NCBI GenBank assembly: GCA_963555825.3
Contig: CAUVXB020000002.1
Span: 1,504,001-1,568,000 of the forward strand
Source of the DNA: Alphaproteobacteria bacterium
GTDB taxonomy: Bacteria > Pseudomonadota > Alphaproteobacteria > JAAXGF01
Direction: 5' to 3'
DNA: 64,000 nt
Numbering within the stretch: the stretch's first letter is position 1; each line of letters opens with the position of its first letter. Shown one piece after another: positions 19,096-28,000 of the stretch. The position numbers and the translations under genes are program-made. Under the pieces are notes generated by a model that saw only the letters and a program-made list of their open reading frames with translations, was not told the origin of the DNA and did no database searches.

Positions 19096-20590
19096 ACCGA
19101 CCACCCAGCCCACGCTTGACCCCGTGGGCCCACAGGTCCCTCCCGCGCGCGCCGCCGCGTCAGCCTGTTGAGGGCACGCCGCGTCGCGCGCGGGGCCCTC
19201 CCGTGGACTACGGGGACAAGCCCGCAGCCGCCAAGCGGTCCCTTCTTACACCGCCGAGGTGGTCCCTTTTTGCTCCGCCATTGACACCCGAGTTCCAGCG
19301 ACTTTTCCCCGATGATGCGGCCTGCGCCGCCTACCTGGAGAAAGCCCGCTGGGGAGACGGCTTTGCCTGCCCGCACTGCGGCACGGCGGGAGAGCCGTTC
19401 CACTTTGAAAACCGCCCTGGCGTCCTGCGCTGCCGCAAGTGCCGCCAGAACACCGGGCTGACGGTGGGAACAGTGATGGAGCATAGCCACACTCCGCTGA
19501 ACGTCTGGTTCTGGGCCGCTTATCTGGTCGCCAGTCAGACGCCCGGCATGTCCGCCGTGCAGTTTCAGCGGCAACTTGGTCTTTCGCGCTACGAGACGGC
19601 CTTTCAAATTCTCCACAAGCTCCGCTCGGGCATGGTGCGGCCCAACCAAGACAGGATCGGTGGACAGCCCAAGAACCATGTTGAGGTGGACGAAACCTGG
19701 GTTGGCGGGCGAACGCGTGGGGAAGGCCGTGGTGTTCACCACAAGGTTCTCGTCTCCTGTGCCATCGAGGTGCGTCATCGAAAGCCGGGCACCAAGCTCG
19801 ACAACCGGAAAGACGGACGCTATGCCGGACGCGTTCGGCTCGCCGTCGTGCTCGACCGTAGCGCCGAGTCGCTCTGTGGGTTCGTCGAGAGCACCGTCGC
19901 GCCGGGATCGCTGATCGTTACTGACGATTGGAGCGGCTATGCTGGCCTCGGTAAGCGCGGCTATGAGCACTTCGCTGTTGCCGAGTGTGGTGATCCAGAG
20001 GTTGCCGAGCAATACCTGCCGATCATCCATCTGGTTTTCGCCAACCTGAAGACGTGGCTGATCGGTATCCACCACGGCGTTAGCCACCAGCACCTACAAG
20101 CCTACCTCAACGAGTTCACCTTCCGCTTCAACAGGCGGTTCTACCCGTTCAACGCCTTCCGCTCATTGCTCGGCATCGCGGGCGACACCTCTGCTCCAAC
20201 CTATGCCGAGCTTTACTCGGGAGAGTGGCGGCACCCTACATGTAGCGGTCATGGGCGTTAACCGGATAGGCAAGCCAGCAAGCAACGAGAAGCCAGACGG
20301 GCGACGCTTGCCGATAAATGTCCGTGACAGCATGTAGAGCGGACCGACGCTCCCAAAGGTGCCCTCTCCAGATCGCCCATAGGGCTGCCACAGACAGCCG
20401 GAAATTCCTCGGTAGCAGCTCGTGTGACCCCAACCAGACCAAGCACCCTCACCGAGGTCGCGATGTCTCCTCCTGGCTAGAAGCTGACGTCGAAACACCT
20501 CACGACGGGCGGCCGCTTAGCGCTTGGGAGCGGACATCGGTACGCCGCGCGCCGGGGACGCTCGGCAACGCGTCTGACCGGCGCCGGCGC

Positions 20591-21181
20591 TCAGGCCGGC
20601 GGCACGCGGGGGTCGTCGGCGTGCAGCCAGCGGCGGCGCGCGATCAGGGCGTCGGTGCGGTTGCCCAGCGTCGCCATGTCGGCACCGGCGGAACGCCACG
20701 CGGTACGGCGCGCCGCGACGTCGTCGACGCGGTCCGCCCATTCGGGCCCGAACAGCCCTTCCAGATAGCGCCGGATGCGCTTGGCGAGGCCCGGACTGCG
20801 GCCGTTGGTCGAGACCGTCAGCGTCAGGTCGCCGCGGCGCACCACCGCGGGGACATGGACGTCGCACCACGGCTTGCGATCCTCGACGTTGACCAGGATG
20901 CCCATGGCGCGCGCCAGGCCGGCGAGCGCCGCGGCCGCGCCGTCGTCGAGCCCGGCGACCAGCAGCAGGCGCACGCCGACCAGATCGGCCGCCGTCGGCA
21001 GGCGACGCCGGAGGCGCGGGCCCGCCGCGGCGGAAAGCGCCGCGTCCGGTGTCTCGGCAAACACCGTGACATGCGCCGCGCCCGCCGCATCGAGGCCGTC
21101 GAGGCGGCGGCAAAGCGCCGGTCCGCCGCCGGCCAGCGCGACCGGCAGCCTGGCGACGTCGAGTGTCAGGGGGTACATCAC
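20591..21181 (-). CDS. Precorrin-2 dehydrogenase/sirohydrochlorin ferrochelatase (CysG N-terminal/SirC-like)
   Basis: YPLTLD, LVNVEDRKPWCD, VSTNGRSPGLAKRIR; coupled to the reductase gene. Confidence 0.88.
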   Translation of the reverse strand: MMYPLTLDVARLPVALAGGGPALCRRLDGLDAAGAAHVTVFAETPDAALSAAAGPRLRRRLPTAADLVGVRLLLVAGLDDGAAAALAGLARAMGILVNVEDRKPWCDVHVPAVVRRGDLTLTVSTNGRSPGLAKRIRRYLEGLFGPEWADRVDDVAARRTAWRSAGADMATLGNRTDALIARRRWLHADDPRVPPA

Positions 21182-23322
21182 TCGGCCGCCACCAGGCCGC
21201 CGGCCTGGGCGCGCGCCGCCGGGTCGACATCGCCGAGCTTCGACAAATCGAGGTTGGCGAAGGGCAGCGGCCGTTTGGCGATCTCGCCCACGGTATCGAT
21301 CAGCAGTGCGACCGTCTCGCGGTAGGTGTCGAGGGCGCCACCGTTGCGCGCGGCGGCCTCATGCGTGGTCACCGCGTCGATCGCGTAGAGCACCTCGCCC
21401 TCGTCGGCATACGACCCGCGCGCCTGGGCGGCCAGTTCGTCGGCGCCCTGCGCGTCGTCGGTCGCCACCGCGACACGGAGCAGCAGGCGCCGCGACGCGT
21501 ACGCCAGGGCGTCGCGGCCGCCCGCGATGGCGGCTGAACGGCTTTGCGCAGCGATCGCCCGGTCGAGGGTGATCAGCGCGTCGTCGGCGAGGTCGCGGTA
21601 GAGATTGTCGAGCGCGAAGCCGGCGGCGCACTCACCGTGGGCGATCGACGGCGGCTCGAACCACTCGGAATGGCCCCAGTCGATGTAGACGTCCTTGTCC
21701 TCGGTCGAGAGCGTGCCCTCGAGCGGCGCGAGCAGCTCGGCGAGCCCTGCCTTGCCGAGCCGGGTGGCCCAACCGCGCACGCTTTCCGCGCCCTCTCTGT
21801 CGGCGGCGTAACCGTCGAGGAACAGCTTGAGCGCCTGCTTGGCGTGGCGCGCCGGAACGATCGGCCCGCGCAGGCCGATGGCGCCCGCCTCGCGCGCATT
21901 GCCGCCGATGTAGATCTGGTAATGCGGCGCGTTGCGGCCGGCGATCTTCTTGCCCATGCCGCGGAAGCCGAAGTCGGCGACATGGTGCATGCCACAGGAA
22001 TTCTGGCAGCCCGAGAGGCGCACCGTGAGTCCCGGCAGGGGCGCGTAGTTGGTGACGTCGGCGACGATCTCGCGGGCGAAGTCCTGCGAATTGGTGATGC
22101 CGATGCGGCAGCTCGTCGTGCCCGGGCAGGAGACCACGTCGGCCACGTCGCCGACGTTGTCCTCGACCGGCACGCCGAGGCCGCGCACCGCGTCGACGAC
22201 GTCGCCGACCAGTTGGGCGTCGATGCCGAGGATGGCGATGTTCTGTTCGCGCGTCGTGCGCAGGCCCTCGGCGGCGTAGCGCCCGGCGATGTCGGCGAGG
22301 CCGTCGAGCTGGTCGGCGGACAAGAGCCCGAGCGGCAAGTTGGCGACCACGCTCATCCGCCCGTTGTGCTGCGAGACGACGCCGCCGGGCGATTTGGGCT
22401 CGGGCGCGTCGGTCGGCTGGCGCCACGTCTGCGGCTGCCAGGGGCGCTGGGGCAGCGCCTTGGCGCGCGCGAATTCCTCGGCGAACAATTCGCGGAACTT
22501 CTCCTCGCCGAAGCGCTTGACCAGGTACTTGATGCGTGCGGCGTTGCGGTTCTTGCGGTTCGAATAGCGCTGGTGGAGCCGGACCAGCGCCTCGAGCACG
22601 GCCGGCAGCTCGTCCTCGGTGGCGAAGTCGGCGAGCTCGACCGCGGTGAACGGGACGCCGCCCAGGCCGCCACCGCCGTAGACCACAAAGCCCTTGCGGC
22701 CGTCCTTCTCGGTCGCGACCAGGCCGAGGTCGTGGATCGACGACGCGCCGCAGTCGGTCGCGCAGCCCGACACCGAGATCTTGAACTTGCGCGGCATATG
22801 CTGGACCAGCGGATTGCGGATCCAGCTGCGCGCCAGCTCGTCGGCGACCTTGCCGGCGTCGACGTGCTCGCGCGGGCAGACGCCCGAAAGTGCGCAGGAC
22901 GAGATGTTGCGAACCGTGTTGCCGCAGGCCTCGCGCGTCGTCAGCCCGGCCTCGTCGAGCTCGGCCAGCATGGCCGGCGCGTCGTCGAGCGGCACGTAAT
23001 AGATCTGGAAGTCCTGGCGCGTCGTCACATGCGCATCGCCCTTGGCAAAAGTCCGCGTGACATGGGCCACCTTGCGCGCCCATTCGGGCGACAGCAGCCC
23101 GCCGGGCACCTTGATGCGGACCATCTGGACACCCGGCTGGCGCTGGCCATAAACGCCGAAGCGCAGCCTAAACGCGGTGAACTTCTCGTCGTCCCAGTCG
23201 CCCGCGCGGTAGGCGTCGAGCGCGTCGCGGAATTCGACGACGTCGGCGGTGCGCGCGAGCGGCTCGGGCGCGGCGCCATTGGGAGTCGGAGTGGGAGTGG
23301 GAGCGATGGCGTCGAGCGGCAT
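21178..23322 (-). CDS. Siroheme [4Fe-4S] sulfite/nitrite reductase, probably assimilatory sulfite reductase
   Basis: GVYGQRQ, TTRQDFQ, CGNTVRN, PRKFKI, CPGTTSC, SGCQNSC. SAM-II control favours sulfite as substrate. Confidence 0.9.
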   Translation of the reverse strand: MPLDAIAPTPTPTPNGAAPEPLARTADVVEFRDALDAYRAGDWDDEKFTAFRLRFGVYGQRQPGVQMVRIKVPGGLLSPEWARKVAHVTRTFAKGDAHVTTRQDFQIYYVPLDDAPAMLAELDEAGLTTREACGNTVRNISSCALSGVCPREHVDAGKVADELARSWIRNPLVQHMPRKFKISVSGCATDCGASSIHDLGLVATEKDGRKGFVVYGGGGLGGVPFTAVELADFATEDELPAVLEALVRLHQRYSNRKNRNAARIKYLVKRFGEEKFRELFAEEFARAKALPQRPWQPQTWRQPTDAPEPKSPGGVVSQHNGRMSVVANLPLGLLSADQLDGLADIAGRYAAEGLRTTREQNIAILGIDAQLVGDVVDAVRGLGVPVEDNVGDVADVVSCPGTTSCRIGITNSQDFAREIVADVTNYAPLPGLTVRLSGCQNSCGMHHVADFGFRGMGKKIAGRNAPHYQIYIGGNAREAGAIGLRGPIVPARHAKQALKLFLDGYAADREGAESVRGWATRLGKAGLAELLAPLEGTLSTEDKDVYIDWGHSEWFEPPSIAHGECAAGFALDNLYRDLADDALITLDRAIAAQSRSAAIAGGRDALAYASRRLLLRVAVATDDAQGADELAAQARGSYADEGEVLYAIDAVTTHEAAARNGGALDTYRETVALLIDTVGEIAKRPLPFANLDLSKLGDVDPAARAQAGGLVAAE

Positions 23323-23379
23323 GGCGACCTCCTGGCGGGTCCATCACGTTGCTGGGCCCACGGAGATCGCTCTCCGTGG

Positions 23380-23427
23380 CGCTTTAGCGTTTGGTGTCGC
23401 GGCGCAAGCTGCCCATCAAATCCCGCG
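23380..23427 (-). ncRNA. SAM-II-like riboswitch (proximal of a tandem pair)
   Basis: Minus strand cgcgg-GATTT-gatgggcagc-TTGC-gccgcg-acaccaaac-GCTAAA-gcg; P1 cgcgg/ccgcg. Confidence 0.65.
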
Positions 23428-23470
23428 GGTCCTAAGTGGATTGCCCACCCTCGAGGCCGGACCGGGCCAT

Positions 23471-23503
23471 AAAAAAACTCCGCCGCAGCTGAGCTGGACG
23501 GAG
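23471..23503 (-). terminator. Intrinsic terminator between the two SAM-II motifs
   Basis: ctccgtccagctcagctgcggcggag hairpin followed by T7. Confidence 0.8.
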
Positions 23504-23512
23504 CGCCGTCAT

Positions 23513-23564
23513 CGCTTTAGCTGCATTTGTATCGCGCCCGCAATCTGGTTTTCAAATCGGCGCG
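23513..23564 (-). ncRNA. SAM-II riboswitch (distal)
   Basis: Minus strand cgcgcc-GATTT-gaaaaccaga-TTGC-gggcgcg-atacaaatgca-GCTAAA-gcg fits the SAM-II consensus; TTGACA at 23597-23602 upstream. Confidence 0.85.
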
Positions 23565-23792
23565 TGGGAGATATTTAATATCGGAACCAAGCCACCTGTC
23601 AATCGTGATTCTGCATGGGTGCCATGCATTTTTGGTGACGCAAAGCCACAAGTGGCTTTGCTTCGCTCATTCGCTGCGCAGGCCATTCTTCATCCCACAA
23701 GGACTGGCCGAACGGTCGGCGGCCTGCGGTCGCAGGCTGTGACGGCCAAATCGCCCCCGTCGATTCGGCGGAAACGGGTACAATGAGGCGCA

Positions 23793-24740
23793 ATGCGCGA
23801 GCCAAACGCGAGTTCATGCATGACGCGGCGTAACTCACCGATTGAAGGTTCATCCCGCAGGCGATGGCGGGACCGCCTCGCTGTCGCACTGATTGGTCTC
23901 ATTTGCGGCGCCACCGTTGCACTCGGCGACGAGGCGCGTGACAGCACAACCGTGACATTCCCGAGCGCCTGGACGATCGACGCGACGCAGATTTCCGCCG
24001 AGCTGTTCGTTCCCGACGGCGACGGGCCGTTCCCTGCCCTCGTCCTGCTGCACGGCAGTAGTGGGATCGGGGAAGAAAATTACATTTGGGCCGCTCGGTT
24101 CCGCAGCATGGGTTACGTGGCGTTGGTCGTCGATTCGCTCGGTTCGCGCGGTATCGAAAAGCACCCCAAACAGCCATACGTGCACCTCCAATTCGGTGAT
24201 GCATATGGAGCCCTGGCGTATCTGCAACGCCAACCCTTCGCCGACGAGAATCGGATAGGGGTCATCGGCTGGTCGCATGGGGGATATGCGGTGCTCCACG
24301 CGGCCCGGGTTAACGGGCGGATTTCGCGGATCTTCGCGCGGCGTGTCGGGCGTTTCCGCGCGGCCGTTGCGTTGTACCCCTATTGCGGCGGTACCGACGT
24401 GTTCGACATCCCGATCCTAATCCTGATCGGCGAAGCGGACGATTGGTCGCCGGCGAGCATGTGCGTAACTTTGGCGCGTGCTGCTGCACAAATGGGCTCG
24501 CCCTTAGCGGTAGACGTCGTGGTCTATCCCGAAGCGGCCCACGGTTTCGACAGTGAGGTTACCGATGACCCGGCCCAGGTCGCCGCGTGAGCGGAGGAGT
24601 ATCCCGACATCGTCGCCGTGCCGGGCGGCTTACGCTACCTCGGCCACCTCATCAAGTACGACGCCAAGGCTACCGCCGACGCGATCGGTCGCGTCGAGGC
24701 GTTCCTTGCGGAACATCTGGGGCGCGGTTCAGACGATTAG
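23793..24740 (+). pseudogene. Dienelactone hydrolase-family protein with in-frame TGA at 24588-24590
   Basis: LLHGSSG, GWSHGG, GEADDW, AAHGFD; the frame continues to the typical tail YLGHLIKYDAKATADA...FLAEHL, ending at TAG 24740. Start uncertain. Confidence 0.75.
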
Positions 24741-25333
24741 TCGGCCGCCTCGGGCGGCCACAGGCGGGCCATCAGGGTGTCGGCGCGGGCGAGGCGGCCG
24801 GCGAGCCGCTCGCGGGTCATCTCCTGGTTGGGCGAATCGTCCTTGAGCCAATAGCGCAGCGTCGCGACGAACAGGGCGGTCAGGCCGATCTCCTCGAGCT
24901 GGCGGCGCCGGCCGCCGGCATCCAAGCCGGTGGCGTCGCGCAGCCACTGCACCGTGCGCGACAAATCGAAGACCATCGGCACCCAGTGGTGCGGGTGCGG
25001 CGGGTGCATCTTGGCGGCCAGCATCTCGCCGGTGACGCGCTTGTGGCCCGCGAGCGCGTCGAACCAGCGCATCATCACCAGATGCAGCCGGTTCTCGGCG
25101 GCCAGCTTGGCGAAGCCCCGGGGCGGCGGCGCCAGCATGGCCTTCGTCGCGCGGCCGAACCAGGCGTTGGCGACGGCGTCGAGGTCGCGGTAGTGCGCAT
25201 GGACCTCGGTCAGCTTGACGCCGAGCCGTTCCGCGACGATGCGCAGGCGCACGCTGCCCCAGCCGGCCTGCTCGGCCAGCGCGATGGCCTCGTCGACGAT
25301 GCGGTCTTCCAGCTTTGTTGTTTTGCGCGCCAT
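24737..25333 (-). CDS. TetR/COQ9-like protein
   Basis: N-terminal HTH (GWGSVRLRIVAERLGV), C-terminal YWLKDDSPNQEMT. Confidence 0.8.
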   Translation of the reverse strand: MARKTTKLEDRIVDEAIALAEQAGWGSVRLRIVAERLGVKLTEVHAHYRDLDAVANAWFGRATKAMLAPPPRGFAKLAAENRLHLVMMRWFDALAGHKRVTGEMLAAKMHPPHPHHWVPMVFDLSRTVQWLRDATGLDAGGRRRQLEEIGLTALFVATLRYWLKDDSPNQEMTRERLAGRLARADTLMARLWPPEAAD

Positions 25334-25376
25334 CGGGCGTCTCCACCCGCCATGATAGGCGTTTGGCGCGCGCCCG

Positions 25377-25997
25377 TCAGCCCTTGCGCGCGAGCGCCAG
25401 GCCGAGCCCGGCGCCGATCAGGATCGTGCCGGTGATGCGGCCGCGGATGCGCGCGCGCCGCGCGTCGGCGAGCCAGACCCGCGCGCGGCTCGCGAGCAGC
25501 GCGTAGGAGCCGTCGAAGATCAGCGCGATGACGACGAAGGTGACGCTGAGCGTCACCATCTGCGGCACCGGCGGCAGCGCGGGGTCGATGAACTGCGGGA
25601 AGAAGGCGGCGTAGAACAACAGCGTCTTTGGGTTGGTCGCCGAGACGATGAAGCCCTGCCAGAAGCAGGCGCGGCCCGAGATGGCCGGGGCCGACGCGTC
25701 GCCCGGCGCCGGCGGCCTGGCGCGCAGTTCGGTGACGCCGAGATAGACCAGATAGGCGACGCCGGCCCAACGCAAGACCTCGAACCACTGCGACAGGAAC
25801 AGCAACAGCGAGGTCATGCCGATGCAGGTGACGGCGAGCTGGATCATCTGGCAGACGTTGGTGCCGGCGACCGTCAGCAATGCGTGGCGCGCGCCGTGGC
25901 TCAGGCTATGCGCGACGATCAGCATGACGTTCGGCCCCGGCACGATGATCAGCACCGCGCTGGCGACGACGAAGGCGAGATAGAGCTCGAGGTTCAT
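25377..25997 (-). CDS. LysE/RhtB-family amino acid exporter
   Basis: VPGPNV, GVAYLVYLG, NPKTLLFYAAFFPQF. Confidence 0.92.
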   Translation of the reverse strand: MNLELYLAFVVASAVLIIVPGPNVMLIVAHSLSHGARHALLTVAGTNVCQMIQLAVTCIGMTSLLLFLSQWFEVLRWAGVAYLVYLGVTELRARPPAPGDASAPAISGRACFWQGFIVSATNPKTLLFYAAFFPQFIDPALPPVPQMVTLSVTFVVIALIFDGSYALLASRARVWLADARRARIRGRITGTILIGAGLGLALARKG

Positions 25998-26021
25998 GGC
26001 CGGGCCTCCTCGGCCTGGAGC

Positions 26022-27221
26022 CTACAACGCGGCGAAGCCGCGGGCGAGGTCGGCCTTGAGGTCGGCGGTGTCCTCGAGGCCGACCGAGAGCCGCAGCATG
26101 CCGTCGCCGATGCCGATCTCGGCGCGTTCCTCGGGCTTGAGGCGCTGGTGCGTCGTCGTCGCCGGGTGGGTGATCAGCGTCTTGGCGTCGCCCAGGTTGT
26201 TCGAGATGTCGATCAGCTCGAGCGCCTTCAGGAAACGGAACGCGGCGTCCCTGCCGCCCGGCACGACGAACGAGACGACCGAGCCGCCATGCGCCATCTG
26301 GCGCTTGCACAAGGCGTGCTGGGGGTGGCTCTCGAGGCTCGGGTGCAGCACGCGCTCGACCGAGTTGACGGTCTCCAGGTGGCGCGCGATGTCGAGCGTG
26401 TTGTCGCACATGCGCCAGAGGCGCAACTCGAGCGTCTCGAGCCCCTTGAGCATGACCCAGGCGTTGAACGGCGAAAGGCTCGGCCCGGTGTGGCGCATCA
26501 GCGGCATCAGCTCGTCGGTGTAGAACGCCTTCGTGCCGAGGATCGCGCCGCCCATGCAGCGGCCCTGGCCGTCGATGTGCTTGGTCGCCGAATAGACCAC
26601 GACGTCGGCGCCGAGTTCGAACGAGCGCTGCAGCACGGGTGTCGCGAAGACGTTGTCGAGGACCACCCGCGCGCCGGCGTCGTGGGTGATCTCGGCCACC
26701 GCGGCGACGTCGATCAGCTCGGTCGTCGGGTTGGCCGGCGTCTCGAAGAAGACGGCCTTGGTCTCGGGCCGCATCGCCGCGCGCCACTGGTCGAGATCGG
26801 CGCCGTCGACGAAAGTGGTCGCGATGCCATAGCGCGGCAACAGCTCCGAGATGATGTAGTGGCACGAGCCGAACAGCACCTTCGAGGCGACCACGTGGTC
26901 GCCGGCGCGCAGCATGCTCATCAGCGCGGTGAACACCGCGGCCATGCCGGTCGCTGTCGCGAAGCACGCCTCGGCGCCGTCCAGCAGCGCCAGCCGGCGC
27001 TCGAACATCGCCACCGTCGGGTTGCCGTAGCGCGAATAGATGAAGCCGTCGTCCTCGCCCTTGAAGCGCGCCGCGGCGGTCTCGGGCGAATCGTAGACGA
27101 AGCCGGAATTGAGGAACATCGCCTCGGCGGTCTCGCCGAACCCTGAGCGCCGCGTGCCGCCGCGCACCATGCGCGTGCGCGGGCCCCAGCTCTCCTCGCG
27201 TGCCTCGATACTCTCGGTCAT
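26022..27221 (-). CDS. metZ: O-succinylhomoserine sulfhydrylase
   Basis: YSRYGNPT, ETPANPT, DNVFATP, YSATKHIDGQGR, SNNLGDAK, HPATTTHQRL. Confidence 0.93.
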   Translation of the reverse strand: MTESIEAREESWGPRTRMVRGGTRRSGFGETAEAMFLNSGFVYDSPETAAARFKGEDDGFIYSRYGNPTVAMFERRLALLDGAEACFATATGMAAVFTALMSMLRAGDHVVASKVLFGSCHYIISELLPRYGIATTFVDGADLDQWRAAMRPETKAVFFETPANPTTELIDVAAVAEITHDAGARVVLDNVFATPVLQRSFELGADVVVYSATKHIDGQGRCMGGAILGTKAFYTDELMPLMRHTGPSLSPFNAWVMLKGLETLELRLWRMCDNTLDIARHLETVNSVERVLHPSLESHPQHALCKRQMAHGGSVVSFVVPGGRDAAFRFLKALELIDISNNLGDAKTLITHPATTTHQRLKPEERAEIGIGDGMLRLSVGLEDTADLKADLARGFAAL

Positions 27222-27250
27222 GGCATCCTCCCCCGGGCCCGGGGCCCGGA

Positions 27251-27286
27251 AAACAATAACACCGCCGCGGCCAAGCCGGGCGGTGT
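27251..27286 (-). terminator. Possible riboswitch-linked terminator in the metZ leader
   Basis: acaccgcc...gcggtgt hairpin followed by an interrupted U tract (tattgtttt). Confidence 0.5.
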
Positions 27287-27291
27287 GCCGT

Positions 27292-27343
27292 CGCTTTAGC
27301 CGTATTTTTAAAGCGCCCGCAAGCTGATATTCAAATCGGCGCT
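27292..27343 (-). ncRNA. SAM-II riboswitch upstream of metZ
   Basis: agcgcc-GATTT-gaatatcagc-TTGC-gggcgct-ttaaaaatacg-GCTAAA-gcg; promoter TTGACA(27376-27381)-N16-TAGAGT just upstream. Confidence 0.88.
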
Positions 27344-27399
27344 AAGGGGCGGGACTCTACCCGCGTGGCGCGGCCTGTCAAGCCATCTCTCGGGGCGGT

Positions 27400-27691
27400 G
27401 GCGGGGAAGGTCACCGAGATCGTCGGCGACAACAAGGCCTACCTGACCGTCGACATCGACTGCCTCGACCCGGCCTTCGCGCCGGGCACCGGCACGCCGG
27501 TCTGCGGCGGCCTGAGTACCTGGCAGGCGCAGACGGCCATCCGCGGCCTGGTCGACATCGACTTTGTCGCCATGGACCTGGTCGAGGTGGCGCCGGCCTA
27601 CGACGTCGGCGAGGTGACGTCGCTCGCCGGCGCCTCGCTGCTGCTGGATTACTTCTGCCTGCGCTCGGCGCGCAAGAGACGATCGGCGTAA
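27400..27691 (+). pseudogene. C-terminal fragment of an agmatinase/ureohydrolase
   Basis: DIDCLDPAFAPGTGTPVCGGLS, DLVEVAPAYD; N-terminal two-thirds absent. Start approximate. Confidence 0.8.
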
Positions 27692-27863
27692 TGCGTGACG
27701 CACCGATCAAGCCGCGCCCGGGCCAAAACCGATCCCCAGCGCCGGCGATGCCTTCGCGCTCGACGCCGAACCGGCCCCACCAAGCGCCCCAAGGCGCAAG
27801 CGGCACGCAACCGACCACCCCATTTCCCATCTATCAAGCCCAATCTATCGGGTCGTAAATGTT

Positions 27864-27925
27864 ATGGGGTCAGACTCCTTTTTTAACTAATGTCATGAAA
27901 TGATAATAAAAGTGTCTGACCCCAT
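27864..27925. repeat. REP-like inverted repeat with AT-rich spacer
   Basis: atggggtcagac (27864-27875) / gtctgaccccat (27914-27925), between convergent genes. Confidence 0.65.
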
Positions 27926-28000
27926 TATTAGAAATACGGCCCGAGGGGGCTATGGCCGCTGGGCTGCTGGGCTGCCGGGTAGGGGCGGCCGCGATGGCCG

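Larger units (their letters stand above)
16717..19286 (+). mobile_element. IS21-family IS
   Basis: TG...CA termini with imperfect IRs (tgagaacggcagagcaa / ttgctccgccattgaca); istA-istB inside; no TSD found. Confidence 0.88.
16685..20261 (+). pseudogene. IS1595 transposase split by IS21 (16685-16716 + 19287-20261)
   Basis: MDVLDRADLP before IS21; PEFQRLF, CPHCG...CRKC, VEVDETWVGG, TDDWSGY, YLNEFTFRFN after it. Confidence 0.88.
16613..20274 (+). mobile_element. IS1595-family IS interrupted by IS21
   Basis: IRs cttgcctatccggtttacgccc / gggcgttaaccggataggcaag (1 mismatch); 8-bp TSD ccagcaag (16605-16612, 20275-20282). Confidence 0.92.

Noticed and set aside
2470-20590. Bona fide integron
   Set aside because: No integrase in the window, and attC R/L box structure could not be verified.
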